A DNA stretch of 64,000 nucleotides from Macrostomum lignano. Its lineage: Eukaryota. Positions 11,819-23,344 of this stretch are shown here, piece by piece. The stretch spans positions 1 to 64,000 of the forward strand of contig NIVC01001834.1 in the NCBI GenBank assembly GCA_002269645.1, in the 5' to 3' direction. Both the position numbers and the translations under genes were made by a program. Position 1 is the stretch's first letter; every line of letters begins with the position of its first letter. The notes beneath the pieces are model-generated. The model was given only the letters and a program-made list of their open reading frames with translations, searched no databases and was not told the DNA's origin.

Positions 11819-12908
11819 TCAAAAAACAACAGATCTCCTTCGACCCATCCTGTTCAATTCCTTGACGGCGGCATCCTGCTGGCTCTGATTGTCTTCTTCA
11901 ACGGGCTGCTCTGTTAAATCGCCGTTGCTCAGTCGTCTCTGAAATTGCGGATAAACAGGGGCAGTGAATTCGGCACATCGATGGGTTTTAATGCTGAGAA
12001 ACATTACAATTTAAAGCATTATTTACCCCTTGATTGAGCAGTGTTTTTAGTAGAGGAGACTTTTCAAAGGTGGATAAACGTTCGGTTAGCTTCAGGACTT
12101 TTTCTTTCAGTTGTCCGACTTCAATGGCCCTCTGTTTATCTCTGGTCTTGAGCTTCATCAACAAATTATTGATTTCTTTTAGTTCGGAGTCCTTTCGCTG
12201 CAGCTCCTGTTGGAAGCGCTGCACCGTGAGCTCCAGGTGGCCATCGGTACCCGAGCAGTAGTGCTCATCGAGCTGCGACATTGCCACGTTCGTCTGACAC
12301 CCGATGCTCTGTCGGTACTTGCAGTCGCTCGGTCTCTCCGGACAGGTCATCAGGTGCTCCTGGAACTCCGAGCGGTACAGCCTGCTGCTCGAGTCGCTGC
12401 AGTGAGGACACGGAGCTCGGAACTCGGAGCAGCAGTGAGGAGATCGCAGATCCGTGTGGCAGCCGTTCAGCTCGAACTGACGGACTCGTTCCGAGCAGCG
12501 GTCGCACGTGACGAACGCGAACTGGCACTCGTTGGTCAGATGAGAGTCCAGCTGCCTCAAGGTGAGCTGCTTCTCACAGCCGGACTCTTCGTTCGAGCAT
12601 CGGACTTCAAGTTCGAGCACGTCCTTTCGTGTTGCAGTGTCGGGGAAGCAGACAGCCTGACTCACGAAGTGCTCAACAAGTCTCGCACGGTCTCTGCAGC
12701 TGTCTAGCGAACGAATGCATGGGCAGACTCGATCGCTGGATTGCAGCAGCTCGGTGCTGAAGCACCGCTGGCACAGGCGGCATCCGTGCGGAGTCTGGTA
12801 GCAGTTGACTAGCAGCTCTGAGCAGCCGCTGCACTTGAAGCGGTCCGGAATTGGCTCGTTTCGAATTTTGATAGAAGATAAATCGCTTCGCACTAAAGCT
12901 TGCTCCAT
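11819..12908 (-). CDS. TRAF-like protein copy 2; exons 12908..12027 and 11938..11819
   Basis: ORFs 11988..12908 and 11819..12004 are offset by exactly 6559 nt from copy 1 and keep the same splice sites. Confidence 0.85.
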
Positions 12909-13728
12909 TTTAGCTTGCTATGGGTGTTATTCAACTTGCGACGTAAAATTTGCGGCTTCTACACAGCAAGCTCGCGAATTTCTCATCCAAAACAGTCACT
13001 GGTTATAACATAACAAAAGTAGGTATTACCGTGTTTGGAGTGTTTACAACTGGCTGCAACAACCCCAGGTAAATGAATTCGGTTGTGTGCGTGCAAGTAC
13101 ATTTAAGCTATAGATAACCTAAAGAGGTTAGGGCTACTGTAGTCTGCAGTGAAGGGTTGTAGCTCGTACACTCGTTTCCAAGAAAGCGCACTCGATTCTT
13201 TTCTATTTCTCTTCTCAATTCTATTTATGGCAAGTACCCTGCAATGTTGTCAATTCAACAGAACTGTCCCACAGCGCGACCTGCACACTGAAATTTATGC
13301 ACGTGATGCGTCTTATCTTATTTTTAGTTGAACAACAAGTTTATGTAGTCGTTTGCACAGTTTTTAGTAAAAAAGTATTGGTTAATTATGGTTTAATTTG
13401 AGTATCATTAACCCTATGTTGACTGTTGGATCCGAGGTCTCACCATCTGGACATTTGAAATGCAGCATGCATGCGTTTGGTCCGATGTGAACTCGCAAGT
13501 TAATTGAGCTACTAGAACCACAGGATACACTTGAACTAATCTTGCAAAGTTCCGGCGAATATTTCAGCTACTGAAATCATTTTTTATATATGGCAAAACC
13601 TCATTGTATCTTACGCTCTTACGCACAGCGTTTTTCTTACAAGTTACAGGAGCGTCGCCATGGATTTTATGGTGGGGGAGACGAAGCCGAGAGTTCTACA
13701 TCTACATATACATGAATAAATTCCTACA

Positions 13729-15746
13729 TGTGATGGGTTTCGACCTTTCGGCCCCCTTATGGGGAAGCCTTCGGGCCCCAGGTCTCAGAAATAAATCAAT
13801 TAGAGTCCTGGCCCCCCACTCCTGTCAGATGGTCAGCCCCATGGTAGCTTGATCGTGTGGTGAGCAGCCTAGGTCCTATAGCTAAGAGAGGGACAGCGAG
13901 AGACAGGCAGGGAGAATTTTGAAGGTAGAAATTAGTTAATCCGCAGATTAGCTAACTCGCTGCCACCAGCCCGTACGTCCTGGCTCACCACACCGGGACT
14001 CTCGAAATCGGGCTTCCGACTAGAAGGAAGGGGCTTTGCACTTACCTGCCAACTAGTGTCTTTTTGCTGTCAATCTCGAAGTCATAGCCGATGATAAGGG
14101 ACACTGCTGGGACTAGATCGCATTGGCCATGCAGGTACAGAGGGGACTTGTGCAGGGGATTCTTGCAGTGGCGAGTCTATGGGGTAGCTACATGTAGCTC
14201 GTACTATAACATTGCTAAATACGAAGATATGTACTTTTGGCCTTCAACGCGCCAACCAGCTTCTAGTAGCGCTGATGATAGGCTAACTCGAACTTCAGAG
14301 ACCGCATGATTCATTACCCGAGCCGCTTGGCTACCCTAGAGTGCACAGAGTACATCTCTGGCGCCGATTTTGCACTATTGGCAATTTCGCTAACTGATTT
14401 GATAGATTAATCAACTGAGAACTGCCTTGCCATTGGTCCATTGTGACCGGCGCCTACTAGCTTAGCTACTCATCTGAGCCATCGGCGAACAAAGAAATAA
14501 AACCGATAAAAATAACTGTCAGATTTAACCTTCTCCTTAGATCACTTCACACTTCAGATTGAATTGGAGTTTCAGACTACTAACAGTATTATTGAATGAT
14601 TTCTGCCTCGATATCAGCACTACTGAACAAAACGAGCAAAAGTGTGCGCCTAATCCAGCTACTGAAACAGGGGACAGATAGGGAATCACCCAATCAAGCA
14701 AGTCTAGGCAGCCTCTCACCCAACCAATCAGAAACTCAACAGCCGGAGACCAGGTAATCCACAGTGACCGAAACGGCTTAGTGCTTCGCAGCTGTAGACC
14801 TGGGATGGTGCTGATGTCACAACCTTCGCAGGTAGGTAGCAGGTGATGCTCTTCACTTTGATGTTCACTACTGATGACCGGGGGAATTCGTCCTTGATGA
14901 TGATGATGCGGGAAGTCGCAATCCGGGGATCAAGAAACGAAGGTCAGGCCAGGGAAAGAGCGAGTTCCTAGCCGATAGCAAGCACCCTTTTTTGGGGTCC
15001 GAGCGGGCCAAAAACACCGGTTCAAATAGCCGCCAACTGGACCACAGTTTGTTATAATGGAACACGTCGATTCTGATTGGCTGAGCCGTTTTGTTAAAAT
15101 GAGCGCCGAATTTCCTGATTAGTTGAGCTAGTTGCCACCCAAAATCACGTGACCGGGAGATCCTATCAGTTCCCACAGGGTCGTAAAAAAATGACAGGTG
15201 CAGTGGCCATAAATCAATCAAAATCGCAACAAAATGATTTATGACATTTCGCGTAGGATTGACAGAAATTAATGAAAAAATATACATCAGAAAGCTCTTA
15301 TTAAATAGAAAGTGAAGATAATGAAGAGAAACGGCTAATCGCTAATCCCAAAGTACTTTTGGGGGTAAAACGCATAGCTGTCAAAGCTGTCACACGCTTG
15401 AGTGAACCCGAACAATAGGCTCTGACCTCATAAATCTTGATGGCCTGTCAAAATGATGAGAAAAAAGCTACCGCCCGCATCCTCTCAGACCATCTGGCGC
15501 CCGCCTCAACACTGAGTGAGGCGCAGGTGGCTTTCAGACCAACTTCGAAAGCAATGATTTATGACCCAAAAAAGCTATACCTATGTTATTATGACTACTA
15601 GTATGACCAAACATAATATCTAGTATAGATTCTATGACAATTCGCAGAAAAAGGATAAAAATGCCCATTGCCCACTGTTAGTAGGCTAGTAAGGTTAGAG
15701 CCCATGTGTTAGCGCGGGGTTTGGAAAAAAGTGCGTCCTCATCACA
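13729..15746. mobile_element. ~2.0-kb non-coding insertion with short terminal inverted repeats (solo LTR or non-autonomous DNA transposon)
   Basis: Termini TGTGATGGG...CCTCATCACA. The empty site TTCCTACATGTACATTATTT is present at about 7142-7161 in cassette 1. Confidence 0.7.
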
Positions 15747-15784
15747 CGTACATTATTTCCGAATCGGTGTTGTCAGCGATCGTT

Positions 15785-16150
15785 TTGGCGCCGCAATCAC
15801 TCACTTTGGCGCCGCAGGCACTCATTTTAGCGCCGCAAGCACTCATTTAAGCGCCGCAAGCACTCATTTTAGCGCCGCAGGATCTTATTTTAGAGCCGCA
15901 GGTACTCATTTTAGCGCCGCAGGCACTCATTTTAGCGCCGCAGGTACTCATTTTAGCGCCGCAGGCACTCATTTTAGCGCCGCAGGCACTCATTTTAGCG
16001 CCGCAGGCACTCATTTTAGCGCCACAGGCACTCATTTTAGCGCCACAGGCACTCATTTTAGCGCCGCAGGCACTCATTTTAGCGTCACAGGCACTCATTT
16101 TAGCGCCGCATGCACTCAATTTAGCGCCACAGGCACTCATTTTAGTGGTG
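15785..16150. repeat. 21-bp minisatellite, long allele
   Basis: About 17 tandem GCACTCATTTTAGCGCCGCAG units. Confidence 0.9.
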
Positions 16151-16245
16151 CAGATGCTATGTTTTGTCGCCCTGAAGTGAAATGATTGATTTCCATAACA
16201 GGTCAACAAGGTGGGGTGGGGGGACAAAGCATTGGCATGTCTCCT

Positions 16246-16520
16246 ACGTTGTCGATCTGGCCAGCGTGCGACGGCCGTCAACGTGTTGTTCGAGCTAGTC
16301 TATCAGCGTCTCAGGGTGTACAGAGGCCCTAACTGTTTATTGGTCAGGCATGTGCACTCTGTGCCTTGGAGTTGGCCCTCATGGTTGTGAATTGCACGAC
16401 AACCTCTGGTAAGTGTGGTGAATGCGCCACCTAGTTTAGTTCTCCGCCGAGCCACCCCTGCTTAATTGTACTGCAATGTCAGTCCCACCCCAAACCCTAG
16501 GCAAGGTTGAGTCGCGATTG
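16246..16520 (-). mobile_element. SINE-like element (cassette copy 3)
   Basis: Near-identical to 959-1235. Confidence 0.5.
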
Positions 16521-16549
16521 ACTCTTTTCTCATTCGTTTATCTCACTCT

Positions 16550-17325
16550 AAAGGGAGATCGCTTGCGCCGTTACTGTCGCTTGCGCGGCTCAGCGTGCTT
16601 GGCTACGCCGACGATCTCGCCCTCCTTTCCTCGACTGTCCAGGGCGCCCAGCGCCAGCTGGACCGGCTAATAAGCGTTGCAGCGAGCGTCGGCCTGGTGA
16701 TCAACACGCAGAAGACCGTTGTGCTCTGCGTGCCGGACGACATCGAGGCTGCATTTTTCTACCGAGGCGCAGACGCGCAGGTGACGAGGCTTCTGCGATG
16801 TCAGCAGTTCGTCTATCTTGGCGGTCTGGTGCCTGACGTTCGTGAGGACCTGCGACGTCACCGTGGATTTGCCTGGGCTGCCTTCCGTTCCGTGAAGGCT
16901 GTCCTGCAGTCCAAGGCCCTGCCTGACCGCCAGATAGCGGCGTTGTTCCAGGTGGTAGAAACAGTCTTGTTGTACAACGCCGAGACCTGGGCCCTGTCTG
17001 ATTCGCTCGAACAGCAGGTCGATGCGGCGCACGCTGGCCTGCTGTGCGCCGCCTTCAAGATCGGCTACGAGCGAGTCACCAATGCGGCACTCTATCACCA
17101 CACCGGCCTGTCCTGTCCCAGCGAAATGTTGCGCCGGCGACTCCAGCTGGCAAGGCCATATCATCTGAGACGAGTCGTACTGCCCACAGCCGGTGCAGAA
17201 AGTGCTTTTGCTCACTCTGCAGGAGCCCTACCGGCGGGGGCAGGCCCGCACTTGGCGTTTCGTCGACTGCCTGCTGGCTGATGCCGGCGGTGTTCGCGCC
17301 CAGGCCCTGAAACGCGCCCTGTGAC
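16550..17325 (+). mobile_element. RTE/RTEX-like fragment (cassette copy 3)
   Basis: ORF 16595..17281 begins LGYADDLALL. Confidence 0.9.
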
Positions 17326-17676
17326 ATTGTCCCACGTTTGCTGGCTGACCTATTTGTTTTGTTGTTGTCGCTCTAGTTGATTGGCTCAGCCGTTTTTTGT
17401 GGCTACGTACGAGTGTAAGTCCCAGTTGTTGTCGTCCGTTTTTGGAAGGTTTTACTGGTTGGACGCGTCGTACGCCCGTCGCACCTCAACTGGCACGCGT
17501 GCCAGAGGCATTAGAGAATCACTCGAGCTGTCTGGTCCTAGCCGACTCTGCGTCGTACGTCAGTAGGTTGGGGTGACCGCGGTGCTGCTTTGGACCATAA
17601 GTTTGGTACTTGCATGTTAATTTGGTTGCATGTTAATTTGGTAGCATTCTGTCAGTGATATCTGCTTCAGTAATTA

Positions 17677-18201
17677 TGTGAAGGCCTGGGGTGGATTGGC
17701 TGGGCCGGGCAGCAGCTGGCTCAACTTTTCCTCACCCCCCGCCGCGGTGTGATTGGCTGGCGTGGGGTAGGGCCTGTCGGGAGGGTTGTGGGGGTTGGTG
17801 GGCTCGAGGGTTTGCAGCCTCCCCCCCGCGTGCGCTAGCCATTTAAGGTAGTCTGGGCGTCGTCACTCGACTCTCTATACCTAGTTTGGCTTTTGGTGCT
17901 GTCCTGTGATTGGTTTGCTCTCGCCGTAAGGACATTTTCCTATGGAAAAGATCCAATTCAAAGAGACGTATTGAAAGGAGCTAGGAAAGTTGGATGCGTT
18001 CCTCTGTCTTCCTTCTTTTGGTTGCCAAAAGGGGGCAACTAAGGCTTCGTGTGTCCTGACGCCTACTTACTGTAGTTTAGGCTACCTGGCGTCCTGATGC
18101 AGGTATGATCCACATAGGAACATCCTGACACCGACAAGCAAGGTGCACCCGTACCCTGTACACCCTACCGTATTATATAGGCCCGAGGTGTAGGGATAAC
18201 A
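17677..18201. mobile_element. Solo-LTR-like repeat (cassette copy 3)
   Basis: Near-identical to 2301-2826. Confidence 0.35.
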
Positions 18202-18799
18202 TCATTATTTTTTACTGTTTCAGTGTATATCTTTTTTATCGTTTGCAGTACGAGCCAGTTTGTGTGGTAGTCGTTTCAATAGTATTGTAACAATTTTTTA
18301 ATAATAGTAATATTCTACAATTTAGTGTTTATAATAAATTTGTTATACTGTATGATTTGTTTTAATGCGATTGATTTTTGTAAACTATGATAGACTTTAT
18401 TGGACCATAGGCGCGATCCAATAGGTAGCCAACTTAAATTAGTATTAATAAAAAGGCGCCCAAGGAGAAAATTCTTTTACGGGTTTTAACCTTTTCTTAA
18501 TCAGTTCTGAATCTGTAGTCTTATCTTAATCATTCTTCTAAAAGGAGTGTTTGTCGATAGAACAGTAATTGCAAAGAAAAACTCGTTTTGTTGCAGAGAA
18601 AAAGGCGTTCTGTCTGTGAAACAATTGGTGTTTAACTGCTTTACACGTGTCGCAGAGTGAAGTAAAGGGGCAACTTGCCCTGTGCCAAGTGAAAAGCTAT
18701 GGGGGGGAGTCCCCTGGAAATGAAGAAAGCCGGGAACCTCTCGATCATTGATAACGCCGTTTTGGGACTTGACGCCTACAACAGCTTGGTGTCAGCTTG

Positions 18800-19105
18800 T
18801 GTGCTGCTCCCCTGAGCATCGCAGGGGAGCAGCACACAAGCGCGCGAATACGTACGCAGTCATGCGCACAGGCACTCACTCACACAGGAGTGTACAGCGG
18901 CCCTAACTTTATTTATCGTTAGGCATGTACACTACTCTGTGCCTTTGGGGTTGGCCCTTAAGCTGGGAATTAATTGCACGAGCAGAGCCAAGCCAAGATT
19001 CCTATTTAGCCTCAAAATTAATGTGTCTGTTAGTCTGTACTTGGAATCGAGCCTGGACCGCTGGCACATCAGAGCGCCGCGCCAGACCACTAGTCTACAC
19101 CCCCC
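18800..19105 (-). mobile_element. Degenerate SINE family A (cassette copy 3)
   Basis: Colinear with 3440-3730. Confidence 0.7.
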
Positions 19106-19294
19106 ATGTTCTCTACATGTAAATCTGCAGCCTCAATCTCATTGGACGAGCTTTTCTAGATCAATTATAACAAACTCTGGGATAGGTGAGTGCATAAAAA
19201 GCGATGATGATCTGCTCCCAAATATTAGAAATTCGTTATTGAGTTTTGTGCTACGATTTCAAAAGCAAGATTAGCAAAATTTGAAAGTCTCGAA

Positions 19295-20071
19295 ATGAAG
19301 ATCCTCAAAAACTTCCCGGCAATCCTGCTCGAGCTGCAGTGCTTTCTAACCTCGGTGACGGCTGGCAGCAGCCAGTGCTCATCGCAGCAGGCATTCACAG
19401 CCGTGAACGCCAGCCTGTGCATCGGCAGCGAGTTCACGGAGACGCCCCTGGGCAGCAGCGCGGCAGCATCGGAGGTCCTGTGCTCGCTGCTCTGCGCCAG
19501 CAGGCCCCGCTGCCAGGCCTTCAGCTTGGCCCGCGGCTCCTGCCAGCTGTTCGTGTTCGACAGGTGCAGCAAAGGCGTGCGGGACTGCAGCGCCAGCTGC
19601 TCGGCCTCCGGTCGGGTCTTCGTGAAGCAGCGGCCGGGCCTGCCGCCTGGAAAACTTTGCCCGCCTGAGTTCGATTCCCAGCGGTGCGGGGTTCGCTACC
19701 GGCTGGTGAACGGCACGGCCGGCTGGCAGAGGGGCCGGCATGTCTGCGCCAACCAGACCGGCCTCGTCATCATGGCCGACGTGCTGAACGCTGAGGAGCT
19801 GCGCTTCATCAGCTCCCAGTTCAGCGGCCTGAACATCTGGCTCGGCGGCCACCAGGAAGAGGGAAGTCCCGAGCCAGGCGGAGGGTGGCGGTGGCTGGAC
19901 TGTGGTCTGGAGTTCGATCCCAGCCTGTGGGCTGCAGCTGAACCAAATGACGGTGGAAATGCCGAGAAGTACATTCTCCACTACTCGGGCACAGCCGGCC
20001 TGGTAGACGCACCAGAAACGCTGTCTTTCCCAACGAATGCCCTGTGCGAGTGCGTCTCGCCGTTTGAATGA
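19295..20071 (+). CDS. Secreted PAN/apple + C-type lectin domain protein, 258 aa, single exon, intact
   Basis: Hydrophobic signal peptide; PAN-like SEVLCSLLCASRPRCQAFSL..CQL; CTLD with W...R.VC, IWLGG, WRW, WAAAEPND and LCEC. Confidence 0.85.
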   Translation: MKILKNFPAILLELQCFLTSVTAGSSQCSSQQAFTAVNASLCIGSEFTETPLGSSAAASEVLCSLLCASRPRCQAFSLARGSCQLFVFDRCSKGVRDCSASCSASGRVFVKQRPGLPPGKLCPPEFDSQRCGVRYRLVNGTAGWQRGRHVCANQTGLVIMADVLNAEELRFISSQFSGLNIWLGGHQEEGSPEPGGGWRWLDCGLEFDPSLWAAAEPNDGGNAEKYILHYSGTAGLVDAPETLSFPTNALCECVSPFE

Positions 20072-20701
20072 CGTGTGCTTGTCATTAGTGATACTCGAGT
20101 TAAACTGCTATAAAAATCGCTACGTGGGAATAGTGAAGTCCTCGTGTGATTCCCCGATATCGTGGAGGTAATGGGTTTTCCTGAACAAAACTGAAAAAAA
20201 TGTTTTTAGATGATTCGTGTCCCAGGAAACACTCACAAGTGCTTCACGTGGCGCATCGATGCGCAAAAAATTGAACGAACGAGTGGCAGTCAGTTGGATA
20301 ATAAAAACCCCTTTTTGCCCACTTTATATCTGTCAATTTAATGGCTTCGTTGCTCATGGCTACTAAAAGTAAGGCTAGAAAGATAAGTGATACTTATGCC
20401 ATAAAACAATAGCAATGATCTGTTAGCAAGTATGAATTTGTTAGCGAGCTGTTTAACAGGGAGATTGACTTTTTTGGTCCTCCTTTTAAATAGCATTGGA
20501 ATTTGAAGTACACGCATCTCGCAGCACGACGTTTTATGTAGAAAAAACATTTTTTTTGCTTTTAGTTGGCACAAAACCGTACCAGTAGTACACTAACAAG
20601 AATGTATCCTGTACAATACATGTAACACGTTGTATCTGGATGTATGCAATTTTAGTATATAGATTTACATGTACGGTTCGATTTTCAACTTCAAATAGCC
20701 T

Positions 20702-21770
20702 TCAAATACGCCATTCAATAGACATCTTTCGCCTCATTCTGTTCGATGAAGTAATCGATTCTTTGACCACGGTATCCTGCTGGCTCTGATTGTCTTCTTC
20801 AGCGGGCTGCTCTGTCAAATCGCTGTTGCTCAGTCGTCTCTGAAATTGCGAATAATCAGGGGCAGTGAATTCGGCACATCGATGGGTTTTAATGCTGAGA
20901 AACATTACAATTTAAAGCATTATTTACCCCTTGGTTGAGCAGTTTTTTTAGTAGAGGAGACTTTTCAAAGGTGGATAAACGTTCGGTTAGCTTCAAGACT
21001 TTTTCCTGCAGTTGTCCGACCGAATTATTCATTTCTTTTAGTTCGGAGTCCTTTTGCTGCAGCTCCTGTTGGAAGCGCTGCACCGTGAGCTCGAGGTGCC
21101 CGTCGGTACCCGAGCAGTAGTGCTCATCCAGCTGCGACATTGCCATGTTCGTCTGACACCCGATGCTCTGTCGGTACTTGCAGTCGCTCGGTCTCTCCGG
21201 ACACGTCATCAGGTGCTCCTGGAACTCCGAGCGGTCCAGCCTGCTGCTCGAGTCGCTGCAGTGAGGACACGGAGCTCGGAACTCGGAGCAGCAGTGAGGA
21301 GACCGCAGATCCGTGTGGCAGCCGTTCATCTCGAACTGACGGACTCGCTCCGAGCAGCGGTCGCACGTGACGATCTCGAACTGGCACTCGTCGGTCAGAT
21401 GAGAGTCCAGCTGCCTCAAGGTGAGCTGCTTCTCACAGCCGGACTCTTTGTTCGGGCATCGGACTTCAAGTTCGAGCACGTCCTTTCGTGTTGCAGTGTC
21501 GGGGAAGCAGTCGGCCTGACTCACGAAGTGCTCAACAAGTCTCGCACGGTCTCTGCAGCTGTCTAGCGAATGAATGCATGGACAGACTCGATCGCTGGAT
21601 TGCAGCAGCTCGGTGCTGAAGCACCGCTGGCACAGGCGGCATCCGTGCGGAGTCTGGTAGCAGTTTATGAGCAGCTCTGAGCAGCCGCTGCACATTAAAT
21701 GGTTCGGGATCGGCTCGTTTCGAATTTTGATGGAAGAGAAATCGCTTCGCACTTTAAAAGCGGACTTCAT
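20702..21770 (-). CDS. TRAF-like protein copy 3; exons 21770..20928 and 20839..20702
   Basis: ORFs 20889..21770 and 20702..20905 with conserved splice sites; 14-aa deletion in the coiled coil; different N- and C-termini. Confidence 0.85.
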
Positions 21771-22365
21771 TGCCTTGCTGGTTTCCTTCTAATTGCAACT
21801 TACAATTTGCGGCTTCCGCAATTATTGTCTATATGAATTTATCAGCACACAGCAGCTCGCACATTCGCCAACCTAAGCCATCACTAGTGACTATATAGCA
21901 AAAGTAGGTACTACCGTATTCGGAGTGTTTACAAGTGTCTACAACAACCCCAGTGAATTGAAGTTGTTTATGCGCAAGTACCATAAAGCTATAGACTAAA
22001 GAGGTTAGGGCTACTGTAGCCCTGCAGTGAATGATTGTACACTCGTTTCTAAAAGCTTACTCGATCTCTCTTACCTTGCAAATGCTATTTACGGCAATTA
22101 CACTGCAATGTTATCAATTCAACAGAATTGTCATACACCGACAATTAATTTACGCACGTGACGCGTCTTGTCTTACGGCTTATAGCCCTCTGCACAACAA
22201 ATGGGATAGAAATCAATGGTTAATTGGCTTAATTTGAATATTAATGACTCTTAAAATGTTGACTGTTGTATCCGATGTCACCTTCTGGACATTCGAAATG
22301 CAGCATGGATGCAATCTGTCCGATATGTGCACTCGCAAGTTCATTAAGCAATTTGAACTAATCAT

Positions 22366-22674
22366 AATAATAATAATAACTGATTACACCTGCCTCAATT
22401 GGGCCAGATGTGCAACCGACAGCTCAGCCGCAGCTATTGCGCGGCGCATCTGAAGGCTGCGTACGGCTGTTCAGTCCAAGGACTGGGGGGGTCGCCACAC
22501 ACAGCCTCAATTACCCCAGCTAATGCTGACACCCATTTTACAGTTGGGTGAACTGAAGCAATGCAGAGTTAAGTGTCTTGCTCAAGGACACAAATTGTTC
22601 CGGGTGGGTCAGGAATCGAACCTCCGGACCTTCAAGTCGTGAGTCCGACGCCCCAACCATAAGCTACACCCCCC
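22366..22674 (-). mobile_element. tRNA-derived SINE family B, full length, with 10-bp TSD AACTAATCAT
   Basis: A/B-box head (TAGCTTATGG, GGTTCGATTCC on the minus strand), body GTCCTTGAGCAAGACACTT, (TTA)n tail; TSD at 22356-22365 and 22675-22684. Absent from cassettes 1 and 2. Confidence 0.9.
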
Positions 22675-23344
22675 AACTAATCATGCAAAGTTCTAGCGAG
22701 ATTTTCAGCTATTCCAATCATTGTATCCATGCCGGAACCTTATTTTAGCGCTATACAAAAGCAAACCTATGCCGAAGTCACTCTTCAAAAAAACTTTTTT
22801 TTCTAACTTTTTCTTGGCAAACCTTGCGAGTGCAGTTCCCGAATGAAACGAATACTTGGTTGGTTTACAATTCGGATGTCCAAAAGGTGCCACATGGTGA
22901 GCTTCATTGTAAAGCTGACAAAAAAAACTGAAAGTCTGCTGTTTTAATCACAATTATTTGTCCATGCTGAAAGTGTGATTAAGCAAATTAAGTAAATTTA
23001 TATCTGGAAAAAAAGAGCGTATAGGCTACTAGATAAAAGTAGTACCGTAGATGGGTCTAATGCGATATCTGTAAATAATCTTTAGTAATATTTACACTGA
23101 CCTATGGGCCAGATAAGATGAAAACTAAACACATCGTCCTAATTTGGCCATCTCGGTTTGGGGCGATTGTGAAATGCAGTTAGAATACCAAGTCTGTACT
23201 GGCGGAATAGGACCGAACTAATATAAAATATCATAATAATTCAGCTCCGCATCTCGATTGATTTTTTAATGCTAATTTTTTAAAACTATGAACTTATTTT
23301 TGCTGTTTTTATTTTAATCAGGGTAATTATAGCAAACATCAATA

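Noticed and set aside
13729-13785. Hammerhead-like GGCC-GAAA-GGTC-GAAAC on the minus strand at the insertion end
   Set aside because: There is no CUGANGA and no stem I/III partner.
22600-22674. tRNA genes here and at about 30090, 50220 and 51670
   Set aside because: The A/B boxes are followed by shared SINE bodies and tails rather than a complete cloverleaf acceptor stem.
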